In this document: positions 16,119 through 24,698 of the stretch, piece after piece
Layout: each line of letters starts with the position of its first letter
How positions within the stretch are numbered: the first letter of the stretch is position 1
Virus record (IMG/VR): IMGVR_UViG_3300017903_001358
Coordinates: 1 to 30,932 of that record
Source of the DNA: a virus
Taxonomy: Duplodnaviria > Caudoviricetes
Strand: one strand, 5' to 3'
DNA length: 30,932 nucleotides
The notes under the pieces: generated by a model
Databases searched by the model: none
Seen by the model: only the letters and a program-made list of their open reading frames with translations
Told to the model about the DNA's origin: nothing
Position numbers and translations under genes: made by a program

Positions 16119-18680
16119 TTAAGACCTCCTGTAATACTTATTAGAATAATTACCTTCCCACATCATTGAAACTAACGATACAGGGTATGGAAAATCACTT
16201 GTCACTTTAAGTTCAAAATTAGTGTTACGTTGATGGATAGGTAAGGTAAATACACGTTCCTGTATTACAGGATTAGTATCACCAGAATAAGTACCTGCTT
16301 CTGCAGTATGTTGTACATCTTTCCATTCGTTAGAACCTGTAGGCTTTATCTTAAAACGAATAGCGCCAGTGCGTCCGACAGACATTTTAATCCTGGCAAT
16401 ACTTAAATAAGCTGTGAAATCAGTTCCACTGTCTCCTCTAAGGTAAAACTTAGGCATTACTGCTTCTAAGTCATAACCATAACCAACTACAATACCATCA
16501 GCATAATCAGTAAAATCACCCTTTACTTCAAAGTATCGGTAATTAGTTGAAGGTTCAATACGTTCAATAGCATGAGTCCAGTAGCCTTGATCAGAATCTA
16601 ATTCAGCATCAGTACCTTTATCTGCTGTAGGCACTGTAAGGAGCATCACGGCGTCCTTATCGTCGATAGGGGTATAAGGTACATAGACCTTAGTAATGTC
16701 GTTTGTAGAGTCATATACGACTGCATCAACGTTACCTGGATCAGGACTGACAGGACGGGTAGCCATGTCAAGTGGTACATTACCAGTAAAACTAGAATCT
16801 GTAGAATAGATATTACCAGATGGTAGTTCATCCAGTTCAATAGTGCCAATGGTATATTGATTTTCCTGTAGTGATACAACAGTAACCGCATCGTCAATAA
16901 TACGTGCAGCTTGAATAGTACCAGGCAGTTCCCACTTTACCCATGCTTGGAATAGATCTTCCTTACCGTTGTTATAGAAACGATACATATACAAATAAGA
17001 TGTATCACGGTCAACCATCATAACAACAGAGTTAGGTGGACTGACAGTTAGGTCGTCTACAGTATCAGGAATCCATTCAAGCACAGCTTTACTAATGTCA
17101 ACCACAATAGGTGTCTGCTCAACATCACGGAGAGCCATGGTAAACAATTTGCTGTAACCAGGTACTCTACTAACAAATGCAACTGTAGTACCAATGTCTA
17201 CAGGTTGTACATTAGTAGCCATTTCATAGTTAGATAGCGTACGAATAACAGCAGAAGTAGGTGTCAAAATACTGGCATCTGTAGCATATACTTGAAACTG
17301 TTGTCGCTCACTAAACAACAATAAACCTTGGGGAGACGGTAGAACGTCAGACAAAATGACAGGACGCACACTAGATACGTTCAAGTCGATAGGGTCCGAA
17401 TCGATTTGAGTTAGTGCAGATCTAGAGAAGAAATTGTAACTGTCATTTGCAACACCAAAAATGACATTATCTTCAGATAGCAAACCGAACCTATTACTGT
17501 AAAAGAAAGTTGAATTAATCTTTTTACCGACAAAAGAAGGCTGAGGATTTGTGGTATCGTCACCAGTCTTTCGAGGCTTATAGTTAATAGGACCGAACGT
17601 AAATGTAGTCGCACCAGTATTCACCAGCTCATGGGGCATAGAAGCGTTATCAAGACCAGGTGATACATCACGTGCTACTGTTTCTTCCCAGTAACCACGA
17701 CCTCTGTCAATAGAAGTGTCATATGCAACAAATTTGACATAGTAATCATCTTCTTCAGAACTGCTGTTTAAAATTCTAACAACATGCCCGCCAAAGGATT
17801 CAAGAGGTAGTTTAGATATATCAGTTACATCATCTTCAAACACCTCAATACCAAGGTTACTAACACCACCTCTAGCATCAATATCAAAGGCTACAGCGTT
17901 ACCCGTAGGTGTGCTGTAGTCAGTGACAACTGCATTAGGTGTAGCATCTGTATGACGGATTACAAGACTATTGTTATAACCCTCTAGATACCACGTACCG
18001 TTAAAATCAGCATTAGATGCTGTTTGTTGTGTCTCGATAAGGTTCTTAATACCATCAATTAAATGGTGTGTATTTTGAATTTCTGAACCTGGTGTATCTT
18101 TATACAACAACATATCATCAAATGTTGTAGTATTTTGAGCCGTTACAGTAACTGATTCTCCTTCAATTGTAACCGTAAATTCATCGTCTACCGTAAGACT
18201 AATCAGTTTAAGGGTGGCTACAGAGTTAGCAACAAATGTACCAGCGGTTTGCATAGCAGTAGTTACTGTCTTATTAGTAACAATCGTAGTATCTTGAATG
18301 CTACGGAAGTGGTAGTCTTCTTGCTTTGTACCAGTAAGATAAGCTGAACCTGTACCAGTGTCTGTTACTGTACACCACGTGCCTTCATCAGCTGTCCATA
18401 CATACAAGTTTGTACCTTTGATGGCACCAATATAAGAGCCTGCAGCACCACGATCAATAAAAAACCATGCTGCATGTTCTAATTCAGTTTCGTTAAATGC
18501 AGTGCCGTCTGCCTTCTTCAGCACCTCAATGTGCTGCATCCCAGGACGTTTGAGCAAACCAAATGTAGGATCAGGATAACCGTTGACACACTCAGTCAGC
18601 TGGTTAATAAGTTTCTTGTCGTCAGTTTGGCGGGATACACCACCAAGAAAATTAGGGATCAGTTGTGTTACTGCTGTCAT
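16119..18680 (-). CDS. Tail tubular protein B (nozzle, T7 gp12-like)
   Basis: VTQLIPNFLGGVSRQ.D, GL.KRPG, GDD.TNPQPSFVG..I...FFY.NRFG.LS, D.DPID, Q.AW.KW, WEG.Y. Confidence 0.95.
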   Translation of the reverse strand: MTAVTQLIPNFLGGVSRQTDDKKLINQLTECVNGYPDPTFGLLKRPGMQHIEVLKKADGTAFNETELEHAAWFFIDRGAAGSYIGAIKGTNLYVWTADEGTWCTVTDTGTGSAYLTGTKQEDYHFRSIQDTTIVTNKTVTTAMQTAGTFVANSVATLKLISLTVDDEFTVTIEGESVTVTAQNTTTFDDMLLYKDTPGSEIQNTHHLIDGIKNLIETQQTASNADFNGTWYLEGYNNSLVIRHTDATPNAVVTDYSTPTGNAVAFDIDARGGVSNLGIEVFEDDVTDISKLPLESFGGHVVRILNSSSEEDDYYVKFVAYDTSIDRGRGYWEETVARDVSPGLDNASMPHELVNTGATTFTFGPINYKPRKTGDDTTNPQPSFVGKKINSTFFYSNRFGLLSEDNVIFGVANDSYNFFSRSALTQIDSDPIDLNVSSVRPVILSDVLPSPQGLLLFSERQQFQVYATDASILTPTSAVIRTLSNYEMATNVQPVDIGTTVAFVSRVPGYSKLFTMALRDVEQTPIVVDISKAVLEWIPDTVDDLTVSPPNSVVMMVDRDTSYLYMYRFYNNGKEDLFQAWVKWELPGTIQAARIIDDAVTVVSLQENQYTIGTIELDELPSGNIYSTDSSFTGNVPLDMATRPVSPDPGNVDAVVYDSTNDITKVYVPYTPIDDKDAVMLLTVPTADKGTDAELDSDQGYWTHAIERIEPSTNYRYFEVKGDFTDYADGIVVGYGYDLEAVMPKFYLRGDSGTDFTAYLSIARIKMSVGRTGAIRFKIKPTGSNEWKDVQHTAEAGTYSGDTNPVIQERVFTLPIHQRNTNFELKVTSDFPYPVSLVSMMWEGNYSNKYYRRS

Positions 18681-19567
18681 TAGCGTTGCAAAGTATGGAA
18701 CGGTTTATAGCTATTATAAAAATTCTGTCCTTGAGGCTCGCCAAAGAAGGAAAAGTCACCTTGATTACATTCATACTCCATAGCAATAGACCGTGCAAAG
18801 GCTTCCTTTTGCTGAAGGAACTGGTACAGGTTAGCATCACCCATGGTACGGCTAGAAAAGATAACAGCAGCTCGTGCTACGATAAATGCTTGAATAGGAT
18901 CAGGAATATATTCCCAATCAAAATACCACAAGATGTCAACATATACTTCAGCATCAGTCCACTTATAAGTATGGTTAACACGATCGTAAAGTTTACCCCC
19001 ACGGTTAATGCTATCAAATTGACGGTTACCAAACCTCTTTGAAGAAAGGTTTAGATCAACCTGTAGCATGTTATCAGAAATTATAATTTCGTTGTTTGTG
19101 TCAGGTGTAAGTTTATAGTCATATTCTTTATTAAAAGTCCATCCTTCGCTTTGTACTTCACGTGACACTTCTCTAAGAGTGTTGAGTGCAATCGCAACGT
19201 CCGGGTTGGCTTGGGTTTCAACTCTGGTTGTAACCTCATTACGAGTCAAGGTGCGTTCAGATACAGTCTGTGAAATGTTCAGAGTGTATTCATACGTAAC
19301 AGGATCGGTTGCAGGTACGGCTTCAACGCCAGCTACTGCAATAGATGTACCGTCAGTAACACCATTACCACCAATATAAGTACCAACAGGAATGTTAGCA
19401 GTTTCAGTAGTAAGTGTAGTACCCGAAATGGAACCAGTAAATCGAGAAACTTCATTAATAATAAGAGTTTCTTCAGTCGTCAACGTGGTAACAGGAGCCT
19501 GACCAACTGACGCCAGGATCTGATTAACAGCTTTAAGCTCAGTGGAGCCAGTCGATAGGTAAGGCAT
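18680..19567 (-). CDS. Tail tubular protein A (gatekeeper, T7 gp11-like) with ~90-aa insertion
   Basis: TEL.AVNQIL..VGQAPVTTL, EVQSEGWTFNKE, RGGKLYD; longer than the ~200 aa typical of gp11. Confidence 0.93.
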   Translation of the reverse strand: MPYLSTGSTELKAVNQILASVGQAPVTTLTTEETLIINEVSRFTGSISGTTLTTETANIPVGTYIGGNGVTDGTSIAVAGVEAVPATDPVTYEYTLNISQTVSERTLTRNEVTTRVETQANPDVAIALNTLREVSREVQSEGWTFNKEYDYKLTPDTNNEIIISDNMLQVDLNLSSKRFGNRQFDSINRGGKLYDRVNHTYKWTDAEVYVDILWYFDWEYIPDPIQAFIVARAAVIFSSRTMGDANLYQFLQQKEAFARSIAMEYECNQGDFSFFGEPQGQNFYNSYKPFHTLQR

Positions 19568-19601
19568 AATTGCAAATGAGTGTTATTCTCAATAAAGAAT
19601 T

Positions 19602-19628
19602 AAAAAAAGGAGCCCCCGAAGAGGCTCC
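19602..19628 (-). terminator. Intrinsic terminator after capsid gene (T-phi equivalent)
   Basis: GGAGCCTC-TTCG-GGGGCTCC-TTTTTTT just after the capsid stop. Confidence 0.93.
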
Positions 19629-19635
19629 AAAAGAA

Positions 19636-20757
19636 TCAGAATGCAGAAGGCTTCACGTTAGTAGCATAAAGCTCAACAGCAGCAGCGGGATTCAGGTAGT
19701 CAGCGCCCATGGCGAGACGGCCCAGAATCACATCACCCTGATAGATAACGGAGACATCGCCACTGGTGACTTGCACCTGGGGAGCGATGGCTTCGAGACA
19801 ACCAGCAGCTTCACGCTGGAAGATCAGACCACAAGAAGTGGCACCAACCTCAGTAGCAGTACCGTAGTCATTGTTGACACCGGTAGTAGCGCCGGAAGCG
19901 TCTTCAATGGTTTCACCAATGAAGGAACCGGTGTTACCAGGATCAGAAACAGCACCGCCGTACTTAACACCATACTTGCCGAAGAACGGAATATGCATGG
20001 ACTTGTAGATCTTGATACCAGCGATTTCCACGATACCTTGACCACCTTGCAGTGCAGTACCTTGGACATCACGGTTAACGAGACCGTTAGAACCAACAGC
20101 TTGGATCAGTTCATAATACTGACGAGGGTTCAGAACAGCAACACGGCCATCCATAGACACACCCTTTTCATCCAGAGCAGCAGCAGCATCATAGAATGCA
20201 GCAACCAGCTTGGCAGAATCATAAGCATCAGCTTCAGCACCGGTTCCAGAACCGACTTGGATCTGAGTACCACCGGGCTCAACATAGTTGGTAGCAGAGA
20301 TGGGAGATGCAGCACGTGCACCGCGAGTGATCGCACGGAAGATATAGCGGTCATACTTTTCAGCCAAAGCATAGCCGATCTTACGAGAGATCTCAGATCG
20401 CAGATCATAATGAGACAGGACTTCATCCAGCTCATATACAAACGAGGAGCTGATAAGAAGATCATCTACTGTAATGGTCTTCTCAGCCACCGGAGGTGCA
20501 TTGTTGCTGTCACCAAGGATGCTGTTTCCAGGAGTATGGAACTCACTCTTGGTACGTCCAGTGTAGATGAACTGCATGGACTTACCATTGGTCAGCGTAC
20601 GCTTCATGATCAGATCACGAGCGATCGTATTGTGTTGGAAACCTTTGAACATTTCTCCACTGAAAAGCTTCAGATAGAGAGCACGGGTATCACCCGCAAG
20701 ATTAGCCTGACCCAGCTGAGTAAGCTGAGCAGGGTTCACAGAAGATTGAAATGCCAT
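19636..20757 (-). CDS. Major capsid protein (T7 gp10-like)
   Basis: ALYLKLFSGE, RTL.NGKS.QFIYTGR, EKTIT.DDLLISS.FVY.LDE.L.HYDLR.E, QGD.I.GR.AMGA..LNP.AAVEL. Confidence 0.97.
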   Translation of the reverse strand: MAFQSSVNPAQLTQLGQANLAGDTRALYLKLFSGEMFKGFQHNTIARDLIMKRTLTNGKSMQFIYTGRTKSEFHTPGNSILGDSNNAPPVAEKTITVDDLLISSSFVYELDEVLSHYDLRSEISRKIGYALAEKYDRYIFRAITRGARAASPISATNYVEPGGTQIQVGSGTGAEADAYDSAKLVAAFYDAAAALDEKGVSMDGRVAVLNPRQYYELIQAVGSNGLVNRDVQGTALQGGQGIVEIAGIKIYKSMHIPFFGKYGVKYGGAVSDPGNTGSFIGETIEDASGATTGVNNDYGTATEVGATSCGLIFQREAAGCLEAIAPQVQVTSGDVSVIYQGDVILGRLAMGADYLNPAAAVELYATNVKPSAF

Positions 20758-20785
20758 TGTTTTTTATAAAGAGGTTTAAGCAAGT

Positions 20786-20870
20786 TCCTCTGGATCCAGA
20801 GTATTTAGTTTTATTGTGGTCTATCCCACCGTCTAGACGGTCAGAGGTATCGGCGTACCGGCTCTAACCA
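20786..20870 (-). ncRNA. Putative structured cis-regulatory RNA in capsid leader
   Basis: GGTTAGAG/CTCTGACC stem enclosing a CGG-TACG-CCG hairpin; GTCTA/TAGAC and GTGG/CCAC pairings; perfect 14-bp palindromes at 20828-20841 and 20788-20801. Confidence 0.5.
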
Positions 20871-20877
20871 ATAAGTA

Positions 20878-20900
20878 AAGAGGGGAATCGAACCCCTCTC
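20878..20900 (-). other. tRNA T-arm-like hairpin (not a full tRNA)
   Basis: GAGAGGGG-TTCGATT-CCCCTCTT: canonical TTCGA T-loop on a 7-8 bp stem. Confidence 0.7.
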
Positions 20901-20912
20901 AATGTCACCAGA

Positions 20913-21014
20913 TTACCTTTTGTACTCAACTCCACGATAACGAAGCGTATCGAGACGATAACGATCAGCCCGCTTGCGCTGGTTTTTAAGGAAACGAATA
21001 AGATTAATAGACAT
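20913..21014 (-). CDS. 33-aa DUF4278-like YRG peptide (MSINLIRFLKNQRKRADRYRLDTLRYRGVEYKR), not in the ORF track
   Basis: Manual translation; L.YRGV.Y motif; directly downstream of a glutamine-II riboswitch. Confidence 0.85.
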   Translation of the reverse strand: MSINLIRFLKNQRKRADRYRLDTLRYRGVEYKR

Positions 21015-21029
21015 AGTTCGTACAAATAA

Positions 21030-21079
21030 ACCTAGCCCCCGTTCCATGACTAGGTAACATGCGTCCCTAAGGATGAACG
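21030..21079 (-). ncRNA. Glutamine-II riboswitch (Downstream-peptide motif)
   Basis: CGUUCA-UCC-UUAG-GGA-CGCA-UGUU-ACCUAGUC-AUG-GAACG-GG-GGCUAGGU: P1 CGUUC/GAACG, P2 hairpin, 8-bp pseudoknot ACCUAGUC/GGCUAGGU. Confidence 0.88.
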
Positions 21080-21094
21080 TACGAATAATTGAAA

Positions 21095-21820
21095 TTATCC
21101 AAACACTGCGGTGGCCATTGCATCGCCTTGCTCGTTGCCGTTTAAAAAACCTCCACCGAAATTGTAATCTACAACGTAAGAAGAACCTCCAGGCGTGTTG
21201 TTATGCCCCATATCACCTGACCCATTAGCGTTAGCCAGGGCGGTTATTGTAGATTCAAGTTGATTAGTGCCGAAGGTGTGGCCGTCCGCAACTGAATAAT
21301 AACCAGCGCTAATCAACCTGCCACTGCTGAAATTAACCGTAGTTGATAAATCAGTAGTGTTTGAATTTTGCTGTTCATCAACATCTGTAGAAAGAACAGA
21401 AGCACCGCTTCCATTGATGAGCCTATAGGCCACTAATGCACTTCTGAATCCATTTGATTGATTCATGGTGAGGGATGCGTTTACAGTCGTGTCTCCGGCA
21501 ACTACTGAACCTTCAACGTAAAAAATTCCAACTCTTGCATTTCCCGCAGTATTGCTATTTGATACAGCCACGCTGGCGGTTGTACTATTAACGGTTAAAG
21601 AGAATGTTGCACCAGCACCGCTAACCGTTGGATTTGTCGATCCGCCTTCCGCAAGATAAACAAATATGGCTAAGTCGTTAGAAGTAAACACGCTTAAATC
21701 TACGTCAGTAAAGGAAACACTTGGTCCGCTGTTGTCAGCAAGACCATATACAAAATCAATATCTCCCAAAACCGAAGGAGAGTTGTAAATTTTAGTAATT
21801 AGTGCTTGGTGAATTGCCAT
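21095..21820 (-). CDS. Putative distal fibre/receptor-binding protein (beta-rich, Ser/Thr/Gly/Asn-rich)
   Basis: 241 aa, TAATG-coupled to the upstream fibre gene; MAIHQAL N-terminus; beta-sandwich-like composition. Confidence 0.65.
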   Translation of the reverse strand: MAIHQALITKIYNSPSVLGDIDFVYGLADNSGPSVSFTDVDLSVFTSNDLAIFVYLAEGGSTNPTVSGAGATFSLTVNSTTASVAVSNSNTAGNARVGIFYVEGSVVAGDTTVNASLTMNQSNGFRSALVAYRLINGSGASVLSTDVDEQQNSNTTDLSTTVNFSSGRLISAGYYSVADGHTFGTNQLESTITALANANGSGDMGHNNTPGGSSYVVDYNFGGGFLNGNEQGDAMATAVFG

Positions 21821-23022
21821 TAGGTAATCGTTCCAGTGACCACGAATTCGTTTGAACCTACGCAGAGAATAGTTGCTAAACCTCGCTGCCCCAAAGTTCT
21901 GTTGCCAGTGTTTGCAGTGCCTGCTTCGCGCAACGTCACGCTTGCGCCCTGTGTAATCGTCTGGCTAGAACCGCTGTCGTTGTAGATCGTGACGATGTTG
22001 CCTGCACTGAAGACACCGCTTGGAACGGTCACGCCGCCAGTTGTGATGCTGACGTGCTTGCCGTTATCACTTGCGACCAGCGTGTAAGCGGAGGTTTGTG
22101 CGTTTTGTGGAACATCCGTCGGGCCTTGTGGTCCGGTAGGTCCCGCTGGGCCAGCACCTGCCAAGCTAAAAATTGTGATGCCAGACTTGCTTAGTTCTGC
22201 TGTGGCAGTAATTGTGGCATCATTTCTAGTGGCAAAAACTTCAATCGTATCATTTGCGCTGGCATCAATTATGGCTGAACCTACACAAGTAAAATCTCCG
22301 TCTGCGTTGTTTCTTGAGTAAGCAGACGCGAACGAACCGGAAACCGTTGAGCCGTTTTGCCTCAACGATGTCTCAACAATAACCCTGTTGTTACCAGCGG
22401 TTTGGTCACCATCAAGACTGTATTCAACAAAATACTTAGCCGCATTCAAAATAGTGATAACACCTGTTGCGCTAACCGTAAAATCTCCAGTGCCTGTAGT
22501 TAAAACGGTTGTGTCAAAATCAACAGTAACGCCAGCAGTTGTAACCTCTTGCGTACCTGTTCCATCGGCGTGGATATATTTAACATCTTCGCCACCACCA
22601 CCGTTTGCTGCTGCGGTGATCCTGCCTTGTGCATCAACGGTGATGTCTGCCGCTGTGTACGAACCAGCGGTTACAGCTGTGTCTGCAAGCTTCGCAGCAG
22701 TAACGGCGTCGTCAGCAATCTTTGCAGTAGTAACCGCATTTGCGCCAATGTTGCCATGCTGCACCGCACCGGTGTTTATCTTGGCCGAGGTTACTGCGTT
22801 GTTGTCAATCGTCCACGTTGCGCCACTGTTGCTAACAGTTATGTCACCCTTGTCGCCGTCAGTAATACCGCCGCCACCACCAGCGCCGATTTCATGCACT
22901 GAGTTGTCGTCAAGCTTTGTAAATAGCCCGCCGTCAGTCGTATTGATCGCAAGCTCGCCTACGACTAAATCAGAGGCTCCAGGATTTGTGGTGCCCCTTT
23001 TGTGCTTGATTGTGTTGGCCAT
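21820..23022 (-). CDS. Tail fibre-like protein (Mtd-N-like start, AVT.AKI repeats, C1q/BclA-like domain, collagen triplets)
   Basis: MANTIKHKRG...L..GELAINTTDG.LF; DGDKGDITVS; AVTxAKI/L repeats; GPAGPTGPQGP; PQNAQTSAYTLVASDNGK. Confidence 0.8.
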   Translation of the reverse strand: MANTIKHKRGTTNPGASDLVVGELAINTTDGGLFTKLDDNSVHEIGAGGGGGITDGDKGDITVSNSGATWTIDNNAVTSAKINTGAVQHGNIGANAVTTAKIADDAVTAAKLADTAVTAGSYTAADITVDAQGRITAAANGGGGEDVKYIHADGTGTQEVTTAGVTVDFDTTVLTTGTGDFTVSATGVITILNAAKYFVEYSLDGDQTAGNNRVIVETSLRQNGSTVSGSFASAYSRNNADGDFTCVGSAIIDASANDTIEVFATRNDATITATAELSKSGITIFSLAGAGPAGPTGPQGPTDVPQNAQTSAYTLVASDNGKHVSITTGGVTVPSGVFSAGNIVTIYNDSGSSQTITQGASVTLREAGTANTGNRTLGQRGLATILCVGSNEFVVTGTIT

Positions 23023-23025
23023 GGA

Positions 23026-24099
23026 TTAGTAGGTGCCGCCGTCAATCTCAGCGTTTGGACTGAGGTAGTCAGTCTCGTCAACAGCAGCAGTAAAAGCTCC
23101 AGTGCCGTTGCCTTTGACCAACCCTGTAATAGTAGTCGCGCCAGTGCCGCCGTCAGCAACTGCAAGCGTTCCAGTAATTGCGGATGCGCCAAGGTCAACC
23201 GCAAGCTCAGTGGACTCAATAACCAAGCCGCCGTTGGCTTTTAGGTCAACGCTCACCGTTGAGCCGGAAACGTCAATGCCGTCGCCCGCGACTGGAGCGC
23301 CTGCCGCCGCAGCAATGGTGATTGAACCACTACCTTCGGTGATCGTAATGTTGCTGCCAGCCGTAAGAGTCGCAAGCGTGTAGCCGGTGCCGTTGCCGAT
23401 TGCCAGTTGGCCGTTTGCTGGTGTTGCGGTCAGTCCAGTGCCGCCATAAGCAACCCCGATTGCGGTGCCGTTCCAGGTGCCAGTAGCAATGGTGCCAACA
23501 GAAGTCAGGCTGGAGCCGGTAACGCCAGAGCCAAGAGTTGAGGCAGACAGCACGCTAGTGCCGTTGATCTTGAACTCTTTGCCGGAAGCCAGGTTGACGT
23601 GCTCGGAAAAATCCCAGCTGTCGCTGCTGTTCGTCCAAACAATCGTGTGATCTGTTGCACCTTTAAGGGTGATGCCGCCGCCGTCAGCAGTTGTGTCCGT
23701 AGGGGTGTCAACATTGCCAAGAACAATGTTTTTGTCTGCGACATTAACAGTCGTGCTGTCAACAGTTGTTGTCGTGCCGCTAACGGTCAGGTCGCCGGTA
23801 ACGGTAAGGTTGTTGCTAAACGTCGTGTTGCCTGAAAGCGTTGCACCGCTAAGGTCAACCGTCCCAGTAAAAGTCTTGTTGCCGCTTACGGTTTGAGCAG
23901 TGTCAAGCGTTGTGAACGCGCCATCGCCGCCAATTGCAATGACAGATGAGCTTGTGCCGTCACCGTCATCACCGAGACCGTAATAAAGCTTCCGGTCAGA
24001 GGTATTTTCGTTAAACGCAAGCTCTGATGGAGCCAAGGTGGTGGGCGCACCAGCCGATCCCGTAGCTGCACGCTTTTTGATTCGGATGGTGTTGGCCAT
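23026..24099 (-). CDS. Tail fibre-like protein
   Basis: MANTIRIKKR...L...ELAFNE; LTV.GTTTTVDSTTV.V.DKNI.LG; SSLTSVGT; VAYGGTG/VADGGTG; ends IDGGTY. Confidence 0.8.
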   Translation of the reverse strand: MANTIRIKKRAATGSAGAPTTLAPSELAFNENTSDRKLYYGLGDDGDGTSSSVIAIGGDGAFTTLDTAQTVSGNKTFTGTVDLSGATLSGNTTFSNNLTVTGDLTVSGTTTTVDSTTVNVADKNIVLGNVDTPTDTTADGGGITLKGATDHTIVWTNSSDSWDFSEHVNLASGKEFKINGTSVLSASTLGSGVTGSSLTSVGTIATGTWNGTAIGVAYGGTGLTATPANGQLAIGNGTGYTLATLTAGSNITITEGSGSITIAAAAGAPVAGDGIDVSGSTVSVDLKANGGLVIESTELAVDLGASAITGTLAVADGGTGATTITGLVKGNGTGAFTAAVDETDYLSPNAEIDGGTY

Positions 24100-24102
24100 G
24101 GC

Positions 24103-24363
24103 TTAGAAATCGCCTCCTTTGACGATTGTAGAAACGGTCCAGATGTCGTCAGCTTTGAACTGACCTGAGGCTGCGTCGTAGTAAACTACGCTCTTGTCTA
24201 CTTTAGCGGAACTGTCTAGATCAATACCCTCGCCTTTCGGGCCTTGGGGGCCAGCGGTTGTCGCGGTTACGACATTCGTCTTTGTTGTTTGGACAACAGT
24301 TGAAGTGCCGTTATGCGTAACAGTAACGGTTGGCTTTTTTGTTGTTACGTTGACGGTGGTCAT
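24103..24363 (-). CDS. Small collagen-motif fibre connector protein
   Basis: Thr/Val-rich, GPQGPKG, ends GGDF; ATGA overlap with upstream gene. Confidence 0.75.
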   Translation of the reverse strand: MTTVNVTTKKPTVTVTHNGTSTVVQTTKTNVVTATTAGPQGPKGEGIDLDSSAKVDKSVVYYDAASGQFKADDIWTVSTIVKGGDF

Positions 24364-24698
24364 GCGGTGTAACCCTCCGAAACGTAGATGACTCCTTCTA
24401 AATAATACTCTTTGATGTCGCTTTGATCCGTTAAAAGCACGTCATAGTATGCTTCATTAGGAAAATCAGCAGTCTGCGTGTCGGTCAGGCTAATGGTGAT
24501 CTTGCCTGCGCTGCGATCTGTGTAGGCGACAGCAAAATCTGCGTATTTGGTGGTGCGCTTCTTGTTCCAGGCTTGAGCTTCAGCAGTCCAACCGGTCAGG
24601 TCAATTGCGGCATCATCGCTGTCCTTGAACTGCAGCAAAACGCTGTAGTCGGCGCGGCGCTGCAACGTGATGTTGTACGTTCCAGGTTGGACAGCCAT
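24360..24698 (-). CDS. Small Ig-like virion adaptor protein (BppU-N-like)
   Basis: YNITL.R.AD...IDLTG.TA.AQ...G.ITISLT..QT...YYDVLL...YLEG; GGAGG Shine-Dalgarno upstream. Confidence 0.75.
   Translation of the reverse strand: MAVQPGTYNITLQRRADYSVLLQFKDSDDAAIDLTGWTAEAQAWNKKRTTKYADFAVAYTDRSAGKITISLTDTQTADFPNEAYYDVLLTDQSDIKEYYLEGVIYVSEGYTA

Noticed and set aside
19600-19660. T7 gp10B-style frameshifted capsid extension
   Set aside because: The terminator follows the stop within about 10 nt, leaving no room for an extension domain.
19570-20769. 399-aa plus-strand ORF
   Set aside because: Antisense shadow of the codon-biased capsid gene; runs through the terminator; no recognisable motifs.
20860-20940. 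Complete tRNA gene
   Set aside because: Only a T-arm is convincing; no anticodon arm or proper 7-bp acceptor stem.
22388-23896. Several plus-strand ORFs (213, 117, 93 aa and others)
   Set aside because: Antisense shadows of Gly/Thr/Ala-rich fibre genes.
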